Counted from the first letter of the stretch, positions 1-12,965 are shown. The stretch: DNA of 64,000 nucleotides from Eledone cirrhosa (GCA_964016885.1 OZ024747.1:55366001-55430000); one strand, 5' to 3'. The notes: generated by a model from the letters alone, not told the origin. Numbers and translations are program-made.

Positions 1-169
1 ATTCTTTGCTTAAACTTTAATCTGTTATTTTAATAAATATTTGCTCTTCGGTTCTTATATATTTGATATATATTTTCCTTATCGAGCCCTCTTTGGATTT
101 TAGTCTTCAATGTTATTATTATTACTATTTGGCTCCTTCGGTTGAGCACTCTATTGACTTATATTCATC

Positions 170-2299
170 ATGCAGAAACAACATCTGAATATTTCTACAA
201 AGAACATACCCGTACCAAGCAGGAAAACATACCTAAAACTCCTGATACAGAAAACAGACGCGTTCATTAAAAGGTTGCTTTGGCGTGCCTTTTATTTCGA
301 TAATCCGCGAAAAGCAGACAACAAACAGGACAAATTTGGATTTAAAACCTATAATAACCCTCCGTGGAACCCAGCATTGCTACCCTTCGAAAATGATGTC
401 TTGGAACTCATTCGGAGTATCAAATTTCGGAATAGGAGCAATTCCTTCCAGCAAGACCTGAAGAATAGAATTCGTTCTATTAAGGATTCTAACGCCGTGC
501 ACGTCCATTCCGACAAAACAGGCAACCTATATCAAGTGGAGCGCAGTACTTACCATCAACTACTACATAATGCTGTAACTAAGGATTACCGTAAAACTGA
601 TCGGTGTGTCATCAATGAAATCAACGATGCTGGGTTTAAAATCACATCTGATCTCAACATCCTGGACCGGACCGAACCTCTGGACCCTATCTCTCCCCAC
701 TTTACCCTGAAGGATCACAAATCCAATTTTCCGAACAACCCCTCTATTCGGCTTATTAACCCTACGAAGTCCGATTTAGGTAGACTTAGTAAAACGATTC
801 TTGATAGAATTATACCTAAAATTAGAAGTTTGTCCCCTCTCGCACTGTGGAACAATTCTTTCGCGGTGATTGATTGGTTCAACGGCATATGTAACAAGGA
901 ACATTGCCGTTTTATCCAATTCGACATCAACAATTACTACTCCTCCATCACTTTACCACTTCTCCTTAGAGCTATCAATTTCGCTAAAACACTCACAGTG
1001 GTTAAGGATTTCGAAGTTGATGTCATCCTTAATGCCCGAAAGTCGGTGATTAATTTCGACGACTCTATTTGGATTAAAAAATCCAATAGTACCCCATTCG
1101 ACGTGAGTATGGGCGCCAGTGACTCTGCGGAGGTTACTGATCTTATTGGCCTTTTCCTTCTTTTCTCTATCAAGGACGAATTCCCCAACGCGGGCGGTGG
1201 TTTGTACCGTGACGATGGTCTTTTGACCATGACTAAGTGCGGACCTCGTGCTTGCGACAGATTCAGAAAAGAACTCACAGCCTTCTTTAAAGGCTTCAAC
1301 CTCTCTATACAGGTTGAGGCCAATCTCTCGGTCGTTAATTACCTCGACGTTACCCTCAATTTATTGAATGGGTTGTATTACCCGTATAGAAAGCCGAATG
1401 ATACGCTTAATTACATAAGTAAGCATTCCAACCATCCTGCCAGCATAACCAAGAACCTGGTAAAAAACGTTTCGTTGAGGCTTTCCCGTCTTTCCACCAA
1501 CGAGCGCATTTTCAACGACCATTCCATTTATTACAATGAAGCTCTTGCTCGAAGTGGATTTGTCGATAGGGTAGCATATACAGAGTACGAGAATAGAGAT
1601 AGAAGAAATAGATCCCGTCGCATTTGTTGGTTTAACCCACCATATAATATGGAGGTGGCCACACCATTAGCTAAGATCTTTCTTTCCCTTATTACGAAGC
1701 ATTTTCCCCCTACACATAAATATAGCAAAATTTTTAATAGAAACACTATTAAAATTTCTGACTCTACGACTCCTAACCTTACACATAACATCACAGCTTC
1801 ACATTTAGCTAAAGTACATAGCCGTAGGAACACGTGCAACCCTGTAGTTAGTACTAACTGTAATTGTAGGAATCGGGCTGATTGTCCCCTATCCGGAAAA
1901 TGCCTCTCTAGTAACATTGTCTACAAATGTAAGGTTGTAACACCCACGTCCCGTAGGGCCTACATAGGGTTAACCGCCAATAGTTTCAAGCAGCGTCTTT
2001 ACATGCATACCCATTCTTTTCGTTACCCTCTAAGAAGGAATATGACGTCACTTTCAGCTTATATCTGGAGTCTAAAAGACAACCACAACCATTATAAGTT
2101 ACACTGGGAGATCCTAGCTAGGGCTAGATCGTATAACGGAAATAAAAGACCATGTGACCTCTGCGCCGCTGAGGCCCTGGAAATACTCTACGCCACAGAC
2201 CACATCTTAAACAAAACATCTGAGGCAATTTCGGCTTGTAAACATAAATTGCACAAAACTTTCCTGTATTACAGCCCCACGTTATACCCTAACGGATAG
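170..2299 (+). CDS. PLE reverse transcriptase with C-terminal GIY-YIG endonuclease (709 aa, uninterrupted)
   Basis: Motifs SDKTGNLY, FIQFDINNYYSSI, SMGASDSAEVTDL, LYRDDGL (RT catalytic), VNYLDVTL, YRKP, CNCRNRADCP linker, NIVYKC..AYIGLT..FKQRLYMH (GIY-YIG), CDLC..E..LNK..CKH. Confidence 0.95.
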   Translation: MQKQHLNISTKNIPVPSRKTYLKLLIQKTDAFIKRLLWRAFYFDNPRKADNKQDKFGFKTYNNPPWNPALLPFENDVLELIRSIKFRNRSNSFQQDLKNRIRSIKDSNAVHVHSDKTGNLYQVERSTYHQLLHNAVTKDYRKTDRCVINEINDAGFKITSDLNILDRTEPLDPISPHFTLKDHKSNFPNNPSIRLINPTKSDLGRLSKTILDRIIPKIRSLSPLALWNNSFAVIDWFNGICNKEHCRFIQFDINNYYSSITLPLLLRAINFAKTLTVVKDFEVDVILNARKSVINFDDSIWIKKSNSTPFDVSMGASDSAEVTDLIGLFLLFSIKDEFPNAGGGLYRDDGLLTMTKCGPRACDRFRKELTAFFKGFNLSIQVEANLSVVNYLDVTLNLLNGLYYPYRKPNDTLNYISKHSNHPASITKNLVKNVSLRLSRLSTNERIFNDHSIYYNEALARSGFVDRVAYTEYENRDRRNRSRRICWFNPPYNMEVATPLAKIFLSLITKHFPPTHKYSKIFNRNTIKISDSTTPNLTHNITASHLAKVHSRRNTCNPVVSTNCNCRNRADCPLSGKCLSSNIVYKCKVVTPTSRRAYIGLTANSFKQRLYMHTHSFRYPLRRNMTSLSAYIWSLKDNHNHYKLHWEILARARSYNGNKRPCDLCAAEALEILYATDHILNKTSEAISACKHKLHKTFLYYSPTLYPNG

Positions 2300-2873
2300 C
2301 ACGATCTATACGTGGATATTTTACGTCTTGATGTGGGAGCTAAGTATATGTTTGGTTTATTCCTTTACTTATTTGCATAGGTAAGTATATATTACCCGTA
2401 TGTTTTGTGAAGGTATGTATACCTTCTCGTACGTATATTTGACTGTTACGGCGTATAATTTTTACATATTCTGGTATTTAGGGTTTGGTTATGTGTATAT
2501 GGGAGTTTTGCGTCTGCGTGAGTATGCAGGTTCGTACGTATGGTGGGTGTGTGTTTATGTGTACTTCTTGTTTTAGTTGACTTACGTCTCCGAACGTTCG
2601 TGTATTTATTTGTAGGTATGTGTGTGCGCTTGTTATATACGTATTTATTTACTTATATACGTTTATATAATTATTTATTTATTTGTACACAAGCATACAC
2701 ACATACACATATTTATATGTGCGTGGTTTTGTATACCTATGGTAAGGTTTTGCGTATGCTTGTGTATGTACGTATCTGTTTGCGCGTATGTATTTATTTG
2801 TTTCTATTACTTCAGTATTGTATTTATTTACTTTGTTCTTAACTCTGTAGCGGAGATTCATTCGGTCTCCTAG

Positions 2874-3147
2874 TTAGAATTTTAGTCTACAACTTCTGCT
2901 ATACCATTTACGTGGTTTTGTCTTTGCGTGCTATTGTTCTCCACGCTCCACATATGACTTATTATCTTCGTTTTTTCGTTCATTGCCAGAGAACGTCTCT
3001 ATGCACCACTTAGAGAACATTAGTCTACGACCTCTTTTATACCATAAACGTGGTTCTGTCTTTGCGCGTAATCGTTTTCACCGCTCCTATTAATGACGTA
3101 TTATTCGTTTTTTCCCGTTCTTTGCCAGCGAACGTCACCATGAACCA
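2874..3147 (+). repeat. Diverged ~137-bp tandem duplication in the PLE 3' non-coding region
   Basis: ttagtctac..ataccat..acgtggtt.tgtctttgcg..ttgccag.gaacgtc..atg.acca occurs twice (about 2874-3008 and 3009-3147). Confidence 0.75.
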
Positions 3148-3225
3148 AAGTATCGTCTTCCTGTCTTCCTCCGGTTGCAACGTTTTTTGAAATATCCAGT
3201 ACTGCGTTTACAGATTGACTTTGTT

Positions 3226-3276
3226 AGTTTCAGAAGATCCCGTTAGGGGTGAAATCAGCGATTCTTTGCTTAAACT
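3226..3276 (+). ncRNA. Variant type I hammerhead ribozyme in the PLE pseudo-LTR (stem III mismatch in this copy)
   Basis: AGTTT-CAGAAGA-TCCC gtta GGGGT-GAA-ATCAG cgattct TTGCT-T-AAACT; stem I AGTTT/AAACT; the copy at 47121 has G in place of T3255, giving AGCA/TGCT. Confidence 0.6.
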
Positions 3277-3382
3277 TTAATCTGTTATTTTAATAAATAT
3301 TTGCTCTTCGGTTCTTATATATTTGATATATATTTTCCTTATCGAGCCCTCTTTGGATTTTAGTCTTCAATTTTATTATTAT

Positions 3383-3458
<76 letters not shown>

Positions 3459-3502
3459 CAGAATATTAATAAATGAAGGCATTCTCATAATCAAAATATA
3501 TG

Positions 3503-3564
3503 TTTTATTATATATATTTCGAAGGTACTGTGTTGTTTTTTCGGTACATCCTCGTCAGATAAAA
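3503..3564 (-). ncRNA. Type I hammerhead ribozyme (inverted arm copy)
   Basis: Reverse complement TTTTAT-CTGACGA-GGATGTAC...GTACCTTC-GAA-ATATATAT-A-ATAAAA. Confidence 0.65.
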
Positions 3565-3679
3565 TACATGAATTGATGTATGGCATACCTCAACGGTCTT
3601 GATAGTTCAATTCCAGTATTGGCAGTATTGAAATTGAACTATCAAGACCCTTGAGGTATGTCATACATCAATTCATGCA

Positions 3680-3741
3680 TTTTATCTGACGAGGACGTAC
3701 TGAAAAAACAACACGATACCTTCGAAATATATATAATAAAA
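3680..3741 (+). ncRNA. Type I hammerhead ribozyme with palindromic (AT)4 stem III
   Basis: TTTTAT-CTGACGA-GGACGTAC...GATACCTTC-GAA-ATATATAT-A-ATAAAA; stem I TTTTAT/ATAAAA. Confidence 0.62.
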
Positions 3742-3883
3742 CATATATTTTGATTATGTGAATGCCTTCATTTATTAATATTCTGAATAATATTAATAAC
3801 TCCGGAAAACCTTTTTGTAGAGTGCTTTTAATCTATTGTAAAACTATATTCGTGAGTAATTAATGAATTATATTAATCTTTGG

Positions 3884-3925
<42 letters not shown>

Positions 3926-3928
<3 letters not shown>

Positions 3929-4520
3929 GTATAAAATCAATACAATATTATTACCTCATTACCAGAGGTTTCCCGAATGAGGCGAATACGAAATAAACGA
4001 CTTCATTCGTTCGTCAGACGAGGCAATATAAAACATGGGCAAATACTTGGAAAATCACATCAAGAAAATCAAAAAAATATATAGATAAATGAAATAGAAA
4101 TTGAAATATATAAAAATCTATCAAGAAAAATAGTTAGGTATGTCTATGTGTATGTATATACGCTCATAGATGTGCATATATGTATATGTGCACGTGTAAA
4201 TGTATGGTTAGAAAGTGTGCGTAATTATAAAAATTTAGGGCAAATGTATCTATATGTCTGTATTATGCAGACGGAAATGGTTACTTCGTAAAAATAAGAA
4301 AATAAAGTCGCGCGCATAAAAACGCCTGGACACTCGTACATTTAGATGCGGAAAGTAAGGAGATGAAGAGAGTATAATAAATAAAAGAAAAGTATCTATA
4401 TATATATATATAATGAGTTGGAAATAATAATGTTTTATATATTCCTCCAAATTTACAATATTTATGGAAGTGATATTGTCTGATATATGATAAACTATAG
4501 GCATATTCCAACGCTCGCAG
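3926..4520 (-). mobile_element. Probable PLE 3' pseudo-LTR fragment abutting (TA)n; right boundary uncertain
   Basis: Hammerhead about 30 nt from a (TA)n junction, preceded on the minus strand by T-rich UTR-like sequence. Confidence 0.5.
3954..4023 (-). ncRNA. Type I hammerhead ribozyme, canonical core
   Basis: Reverse complement CCTCGT-CTGACGA-aCGAATGA...TCATTCGg-GAA-ACC tct GGT-A-ATGAGG; all three stems pair; GUA cleavage triplet. Confidence 0.8.
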
Positions 4521-4942
4521 AACGAATCATATTTATTTCATTTGTCTTTTGTATATGATACGAAATATCATTACACATTGTAACCTTTATACTTTGAGCA
4601 TCTAACGCTAAATGAAACCGGTCATTACCAAATCACTTGTGATAACCAAGATTGTTTTTGAAAGCCCATTATATTATATGATATTTTTGTATAAACTAAT
4701 TTCTATTTGTTATGTAATGCAACAATTCATGTAACTATTATATAAACATCGGGTGCATCTTCAACACTTTATTGTTATTTCACGAATAAAATATTATTTG
4801 TACATATTTCTTTAATTTATCTCCTTCATAGTTAAGCATACTCTTTCTCTCTCGGTCTGTCTCTCTCTATCTCTCTCTCTGTCTCTCTCTTTCTCTCTCC
4901 ATCTCACACTTTTTCTCTCTCAATCTCTCTCTAACTAATTAT

Positions 4943-5014
<72 letters not shown>

Positions 5015-5809
5015 ATACCTAAATATATACAATGTGTCTGTGTGCATATGAATGGAAATCTTGCTGCAATCTTCAATTAAAGTAGACTCCACGTCTTTTG
5101 TGTTTAGACGAAGAGTTGACACAGTTTATGAAGCGTGGATTGAAAGTCTTGCTATACTTTCCATCTCACTGCATTTTGAATACAAATTCAGCTGAGGTTA
5201 CATTTAGGTTTCATTCTTTCAGGGACGATAAATAAAATACCATGTGATGTGTGGTTGAATGCAGCTTTTGTTAAAGTTAAACAATTTAGTGGGATGATAT
5301 GAAATCAGAGTTCAAATCAGGCTTCGTTCAGGCAGAGTTTACATCAGTCCAATAGTATCAGTCATGAAGTGATCTGACCAAGGACTCCATTATTTTTGAG
5401 AATTTGGATACAAATCGGATATGCAGCAATAAATACCTCGAACATTTCTGCGATCATCTATGCCATTGCATATGTGAGTGTGTGTATGTGTGTATTTATG
5501 TGTATGTCTATGTCTACTTATGTATTCAGGATGTATGTGTTATGCATATCTATAAATAAGCTTCTTTCTATGCATTTCTATTCCCCTCTCCCTGTCTTTC
5601 ACTTTCTCTCTCCCCATATCTCTCTCCTTCCCCTTCTCTCTCCATATCTCTCTCTCTTTCCCTCTCTCTCTCGCTCTCTCACTCTCTATGTCTCTAGATA
5701 TATATACACACATACATACACACACACATATATATATATATAATACATAGTAAAAATTCACACACATATATATATATATACATATATACATAGTGAAAAT
5801 TCACGCACA

Positions 5810-5859
<50 letters not shown>

Positions 5860-6148
5860 TATGTGTGTGTGTGTGTGTGTGTACAAATATACATGTGTTG
5901 AAGACAGTATCCGCCTACATACATACATACATACGTAGGCGAATACAGACTTCAACACATACATATATACACACCTCATAATATGTCTCTATTTGTTTAT
6001 GTCCAAACAAATTTATTTATCTCACTTCTGATGCGTTCTTCTCTATATACTTTCTCGTATATATTCATATATTTATCCGTTTAGTATGTATATATCCATA
6101 TATTTCTGTTTTCTTTGTATATATTTTCACCAATTATTGCTTTCTTTT

Positions 6149-6187
<39 letters not shown>

Positions 6188-7067
6188 GCATATATATATA
6201 TTTGAGTGTGAGTGTGTGTGTGCATGTGTGTGTGTGCGTGTGTGTGTCTGCGTTTCTGTACGTGTGTATGTGTATGTGTATTTTCATGTTTTCCATTTTT
6301 GTGACTATATATTTATATATTTTACACGTATATATCCATATATTCTGTTTTCTCTGTACATATTTTCAGCGATCATCTCTCTTTTCGTGTGTGTATATAT
6401 ATATGTGTATACATATATAAATATATATATATATAAATACACTCATATATATATAGATATGTGTGTGTGTGTCTGTGTACGTGTGTCTGTATGTGTATTT
6501 TCATATATGTTTTTCTGTTTTGTGAGTATATATTCATATATTTTTCACGTATATATTCATATATTTCTCTCCAAGTTTTCTGTGTATATATTTTCATATA
6601 TTTATCTGGTTTGTGTTCCTCAATAAACAATAGAAATGTAGATACACGATGATGTCGATGGAAAGAAAACTCAGCAAACGTTTGAAAAGATTGTTTTGCA
6701 AAGTTCCTCTGAGACTTGGCTTCAAAGAAGACTTGTGAAGGATCAGGAGAACTGTCCACGCCACTCGTGTGAAGATGAAAGCTGTATTGTACAGAGATTT
6801 GATGCACAAAACTAATCAGACCAAGAGGTGTAATATGGTTAGGTCTCTACCTAACAATATCTATGTTTGTGTATGGAGGCTGCAGTTGTGTATGGTGTGT
6901 ACGACTCTTTTATATGTATTTATTTCTATCTAACTATATATAAGCATATATTGGTATATATATATATATGTGTGCGTGTGTGTGTATATATATATATTTA
7001 TATGTAAATATATATGTATATATATATATATATATATTTTTTATATTTATATACATATATGTATATT

Positions 7068-7099
<32 letters not shown>

Positions 7100-7164
7100 T
7101 ATATATATGTATATATATATCTTTGTATTTGTATAGTTATATATATATATATATGTATATATAA

Positions 7165-7198
<34 letters not shown>

Positions 7199-7234
7199 AT
7201 TTGTATATTCATATATATACACACACATCCATAG

Positions 7235-7278
<44 letters not shown>

Positions 7279-7509
7279 CTAAATTTACACACACACATTG
7301 AAGTAAGTATGTGTGTGTAATTGTTTGTGTTTGTGTCTGTGTCGGTTTGTATGTAAGAGTACGCTTGTGTGTATGAGTGTGTGTGTGTGTGTGGTGAAGG
7401 TTCTACGAATTATTGCGTGTGTTCGACTTCAGTACATCAAATTTTGTTGAATGTGTGTAGTTGTAGTGTTTGATGCATTAATTGTGTGTGTTTATATGTA
7501 CTTAACCTC

Positions 7510-9130
7510 CACTAACACCAACCCACCCCCACCACCACCACCACCGCCACCACAAACACCACCCCACCACCACAAATATCACCCCCCCCCCCCGGACATC
7601 AACACCACCCCACCGCCAACATCACCACCACCACCACAACCACCACCCCACCACCAAAATCACTCCCACCACCACAAACACCCCACCCCACACACCACCC
7701 CGCCACCACAACTCCCCCCCCCTCACCCCACACCCGCCACCTCACCACCAACATCGCCACTACCATCACAAACACCACAGAGACACACACACCACCACCA
7801 CCACACACACCACCCCACCACCAACATCACCACCACCACCACAAACACCACCCCACCACCACAAACACCACCCCACCACCAATATCACCACCACCACCAC
7901 AAACACCACCACACCACCAACATCACCACCACCACCACAAACACCACCCCACCACCACAAACACCACCCCACCACCACAAACACCACCCCACCACAATAT
8001 CCCCACCACCACCACCACCCCAAACACCACCCCACCACCAATATCACCACCACCACCAATATCACCACCACCACCACGAACACCACCCCACCACCAATAT
8101 CACCACCACCACCACAAACACCACCCCACCACCAATATCACCACCACCACCACTAACACCACCCCACACATCATTGCATGTGTTTATATGTACTTAACCT
8201 CCTCTCAGCTTCCTGACAACTATCACTACAATCATCAACACCAGCTTCACCACCATAGCAACAGATGTAGCCACAACAACAGCAACAACACCAGTAATTT
8301 ACTGCTTCACACCACCCTCAGCATCAAAAGTGTTATCGCCACCACCACTAACACCACCTCACCACCATCATAGCCACCCCACCACCACTAACACCACCTC
8401 ACCACCAACATCACCACCGCCACAAACACCACCACCACCACCACCAACATCACCAACATCGCCACCACCACCAACACCACCCGACCACCAACATCACCAC
8501 CACCACCAACATCGCCACCACCACTAACACCACCCCACCACCAACATCACCACCACCACCAACATCACCACCACCACCACCCACACCATAACCAACATCA
8601 CCACCACCACTAACACCACCCACCACCAACATCACCACCACCACCACCCACACCACCACCACCCACACCGCCACCACTAACACCACCCAGCCACCACTAC
8701 CACCTCCACCACCACCAGTAACACCACCCCGCCACCGCCACCGCCACCACCACCACCACCACCACTACACCACCCCACCTCCACCAGCACCACCGCCACC
8801 ACCACCACCACTACACCACCCACCACCACCACCACTACCACCACTACACCACCCCACCACTACCACCACCCCACCTACCAACACCACCACCACCACCAAT
8901 ATCACCACCACCAACACCATCATCATTATTACTACCACCACCATCATCATCATGATCATCATTATCATTATTATTACCACCATCATCATCGTCGTCGTAA
9001 TCATTGTTGTTATCATCACTGTCATCATCATCGTCACCGTTACCATCCAAATCATCATCATCATTATCATTATGACTACCAGCATCATCATCATCATCAT
9101 CATCGCCATCACTGCAGTCATCATCATCAC
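7510..9130. repeat. (CAC/CCA)n to (CAT)n low-complexity tract
   Basis: Degenerate trinucleotide repeats seen directly. Confidence 0.9.
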
Positions 9131-9884
9131 ATTTATTGCTGTCATATCGATTTAACATGTATTTCCTCATTCTGGCATTGGCTGGGTGGATCTATATCAC
9201 TTTAGCCTCTCTTTCCCCCCTCCCCTTCACTCATTTCCTCTCCCTATACCCCTTTCGTCAGCACCTTTCTCTATTCATCTCTCATCTGACTATTTCCAAT
9301 TTCTTTCGTCGATCAAATTCTCCAATAACAAGAACCTTCTATTGTCAGCATTTGGAACTTCATACAGCCAACATATTAAATTTTCTATCACATGCCTATA
9401 TTACCTCATCTCCCTTTCCTCTCTATATCAACTAATGTCATTCATGGCCAGCTACTCTTTAGCTTTGCTTCTACCCCATCAACCTTCTAGCCTAGAGGCT
9501 CTGAAACTACGCCCCACGATGCGCTGTGATGCAGTGAAATGTAATTACCTATCTATCGAAAGAGGAAATATAGTAACAATTATAATTTTTAAATATGAAT
9601 AAAAAAAATAGAAATTGAAATTTAAACAAATTTTTGTTTTTACGTTTAAGTGTTAAATTGGGAAGCAACTGAATTTGGAAAGAAACTATTGCCAAAAAAA
9701 TAGGAATTGCATGTAATTAAAATTAGATTTATATACACAAACATCCAGCCCATAATTTCATACACAATAAATCATTTTGTTTGGTACACTTGTTCCCAAG
9801 GTGTGATACTCAGTGACCAGAGACAATAGCAAATCAATTATTGATCTCTGTCTCTCATTACACTTATACCATATATATATTTAT

Positions 9885-10915
9885 GGATGTCTTTCGTAAT
9901 AGAGAACCCATTATAAGAACAGAAGTATAATAGGGCCTCTCTACTCGAATATAAATCGTCATCGCCGTTTCTTCTAATCACACCTTTCCACATCAGGTGA
10001 TCAGTGCCAACATCTACATTGAAGTCTCATATTAGGATATATAAGTCAATCTTCGCTGTATCTAACACTGCAGTGACATCAAGGAAGGATCTTTACTCAG
10101 ACTCTTTGGTGCATAAACTAGCCCCGCACTGAGAGGCCTATATTTCAGCCTAACTTTCAAAAGCCAAATCCTCCCTCCTAATGGTATCGAGTCAATAACA
10201 CATTATGACAGCCGGGAGTTTGTGAGTATCCTCGCTCCCATCTGTGAAATCATTTCTGGTGTCAAACCCGAATAGCGGAGTTTCCATCATCCATCTAAAT
10301 GTACTGCACCAGAACCACGGAGCTTTGTTGAGGAAACCCTAACTATATATAGCCGGTTGCCTCTAACCTACTCCACTAATTCCTGCTCCTTACCTGTTCT
10401 ACTGGAGAACGGTTCGTAGGTGGTGGATAGACGGGCACCTGCCGGACGAATATGCACCTCTGGACCAACACCTGTAAAATACTAAGGGAGCTGAAACAAT
10501 GGGTGACACCTGTAGCTCCCAAGAAAACTAGCACAACCCAGTGATTTAGTTACGGCGAGGCGAGTGAAGGCCGCCCCTAATAAAATACTAATCATCGCGA
10601 GTCTGAAAAACGTACCAGATTGGTGACTGATGCGAATAAATCCACCAAATATAACTGCGATATGGCGATACGCAACAAAGGCAATCATACCACATCTTCG
10701 TTCACATGGGTTTATAAGGAACAGATTTCGGTCTCAGGTAGAGGGGCCTGTTCGAAAAATGTATTGCAGTCTCTATCTCATGCTTTAAAAACTGGTGATA
10801 GGCCTGCGACATGTCCTGCGAGGCCTGGGATAGACGCACAGAAATTACATATCCCGAGACCCCCAAAGAAGGCTGTCAAGGGAGCAAACCGTAAACATTG
10901 GATCCTGGTAATTTA
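9885..10915 (-). mobile_element. Decayed RTE-clade LINE 5' fragment (AP-endonuclease region plus 5' UTR)
   Basis: Minus-strand translation gives RLYIVRVSSTKLRGSG, VYAP, YILI*DFNVDVGTDHLMWKGVIRRNGDDDL..LLYFCSYNGFSIT, matching the RTE APE pattern GDFNA.VG..W.GVIG; contains stops and frameshifts. Confidence 0.75.
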
Positions 10916-11944
10916 CAACACTTAGAATTAATATCAATTTTACAATAAAACAAATGTTTCGACAGGAAAACATGTTTGTGAAATGCATGCCTCCCTCGGT
11001 TTTTTTGTGTTGGTTCGTAAGAGAGACGATTCTTATATTTCAAAACATTGAAGTATTTTGATTCTATTCCACCAATATGCTCACATTAGTTTTCCTAGTA
11101 TTCGAAATAATAGCTTAGCAATTAGAAAGTTAGTCGCCTCGCGAGATAACCCAGTGAGATTTGAGGTTAAGTACGTTGTGAGTGTTTCAACTGAAAGTAT
11201 AAATACTGCTGATATTCTCCTTCAGTTGTCTACAGTATCTCCTGGTGAAGCATAAACACAGCAATTTGATCAAACACTAGAAATTAATGAACTGCCTGCA
11301 GTCTTTTTATCGCGTCTTTCAACTCGTATTAAAAGACCCATTAAAAACATGGTTAGTCTTAAATATTTTGTATTTTATAAACACTTTAAAATATTGATTT
11401 TTTTTTAATGTATGTAACTACAGTTTTATGTTTTTCAGCAGGAAATATGTACCAATTGTAATTGCTTTATCATAAATGTTGTTATCAATTCCTTTGTTAT
11501 ATATGCTATTTTATAAATGTTATGTTATACATACTACCTTATGAATACTGTAAGTGATATATTACAAAGTATGCTATATTATAAATGTTATATTCTAAGT
11601 GGTATACAATAAAGAATGCTATATCATAAATGTTATAAGTGCTGTATTATATATGCTATTTCCTGTATTCTACATAATATGTAGGCGCCGAATCGGCCAA
11701 CATCTTTATAAAGTCTGGTATAATGTCTTGCGATATGCGTTTCGGTACTCTTCGCTCACTGAGGTCAAACTCCACAGAGGTCAACTTTGCCTTTGACACT
11801 TTCAAAGATGATAAAAACGTACCATTTTAATACTGAGGTCGCCCCTTCCTCTGTACCTCGTTCTCACGACTCCATCAGGACTTATAGGTCTATACATACA
11901 TAATATGAATGCAATGTTCTGAATAACATTATATTTTACATAAT

Positions 11945-12088
11945 CAGATCAAATCCCACCGAGGTTAGCTTCTACTTTCATCCTTACGGGGTCGATAAAA
12001 TAAAGTATCAATAATGTACTGGAGACGATCTCATCGACTTTCCCCTCGCTCAAAATTGTTGGCTTTGTGCCTTAATCAGAAACCATTA
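11945..12088 (+). mobile_element. 5'-truncated SINE copy
   Basis: caaatcccaccgaggttagc..ctttcatccttacggggtcgataaaataaagta matches the window's SINE core. Confidence 0.75.
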
Positions 12089-12740
12089 TATTATACATAA
12101 TGTCATATTAAAAACAAAACACAGAAGCAAACAATAGAAAATGTTATTGCATCTCCTGGGAGTTCTGTAATTATAAGAAGAGACTACTGCTGCAAATACT
12201 CTTGTAAATTATCATATTTCAATTCTACAGGTAGATTTCAGTGTATATTTGAGTACGGTCGTTGCCTAATATTTCACCACCAATGACAACGTTATTTAAA
12301 TAAATTTTCCCACACACTCCTCACTCTAATTACTCCCTTCCAGATAGTTATCAGGTGAAAATAACAATGAAAGCGAGAAATGTTTATAATTAGAAAAGAA
12401 TGGATAGCTATTATAGCGTGTATATTGAAATTTCAATAAAATGATTAAAATGTTAGATTTTACTCACGTAAACCACTACAACCCTTGTGAAACTCTAGGT
12501 TCGGAACCTCTATCTCATTTTACTTTTCTTTTGTCTTGAATTATTCACACTGCGAAGTTGATATATGTGGTATTAAATATTTCAAACCTACGTTATCGCA
12601 GTTTCATTTGTGTGACATGTTATATGACATGTTGCAGACATAATATATATGTAATTTAAGAAATGACTGAGAAATCACATCAAAAATATAAAATAAAGAA
12701 AAATAAACATAAATAAAAATAAAGAATCTGAGACAATGTA

Positions 12741-12965
12741 TGTCATTCAGAGTTGTTTCTCAATGGAATATACATATAGTTATTAGTATATCTGTTGGTG
12801 TCATTCATAAATGTTCAACAATGGAATATATATTTATTAGTACATCTGCATATGTCATTCACAAAGTTTCATCAATGGAATATACACTTATTACTACATC
12901 TGTTGGTGCCACCAACAAACGTTCTCCGATGTAGTTTATATTCACTTGTACACCTGCTAATGTCG
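12741..12965. repeat. Degenerate ~55-bp tandem repeat (3-4 copies)
   Basis: Recurring tgtcattca..caatggaatata..ttattagtacatctg. Confidence 0.65.

Larger units (their letters stand above)
1..3388 (+). mobile_element. Penelope-like retroelement (probably Naiad clade) with partial-tandem pseudo-LTR, 3' end in (TA)n; 5' part runs off the window
   Basis: 1-128 is directly repeated at 3261-3388 (1 mismatch), flanking an RT + GIY-YIG ORF; the repeat region carries a hammerhead-like motif; the element ends at attattact followed by (AT)n. Confidence 0.93.
3451..3886 (+). mobile_element. Fold-back PLE-type non-coding element (arms of about 162 bp, 3451-3612 and 3632-3793) between (TA)n tracts
   Basis: Long near-perfect inverted repeat; each arm contains a hammerhead motif; homologous to 16770-16980 on the minus strand. 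Confidence 0.8.

Noticed and set aside
715-1917. Three minus-strand ORFs inside the PLE ORF
   Set aside because: Antisense shadows of the RT coding sequence with no recognisable motifs.
1858-3200. Selenocysteine recoding/SECIS as reported for some Naiad PLEs
   Set aside because: The ORF has no in-frame TGA (Cys codons are TGT/TGC) and I saw no convincing SECIS hairpin in the 3' region.
7451-9170. Pro/His-rich extensin-like ORFs
   Set aside because: Degenerate (CAC)n/(CAT)n low complexity, common throughout the window.
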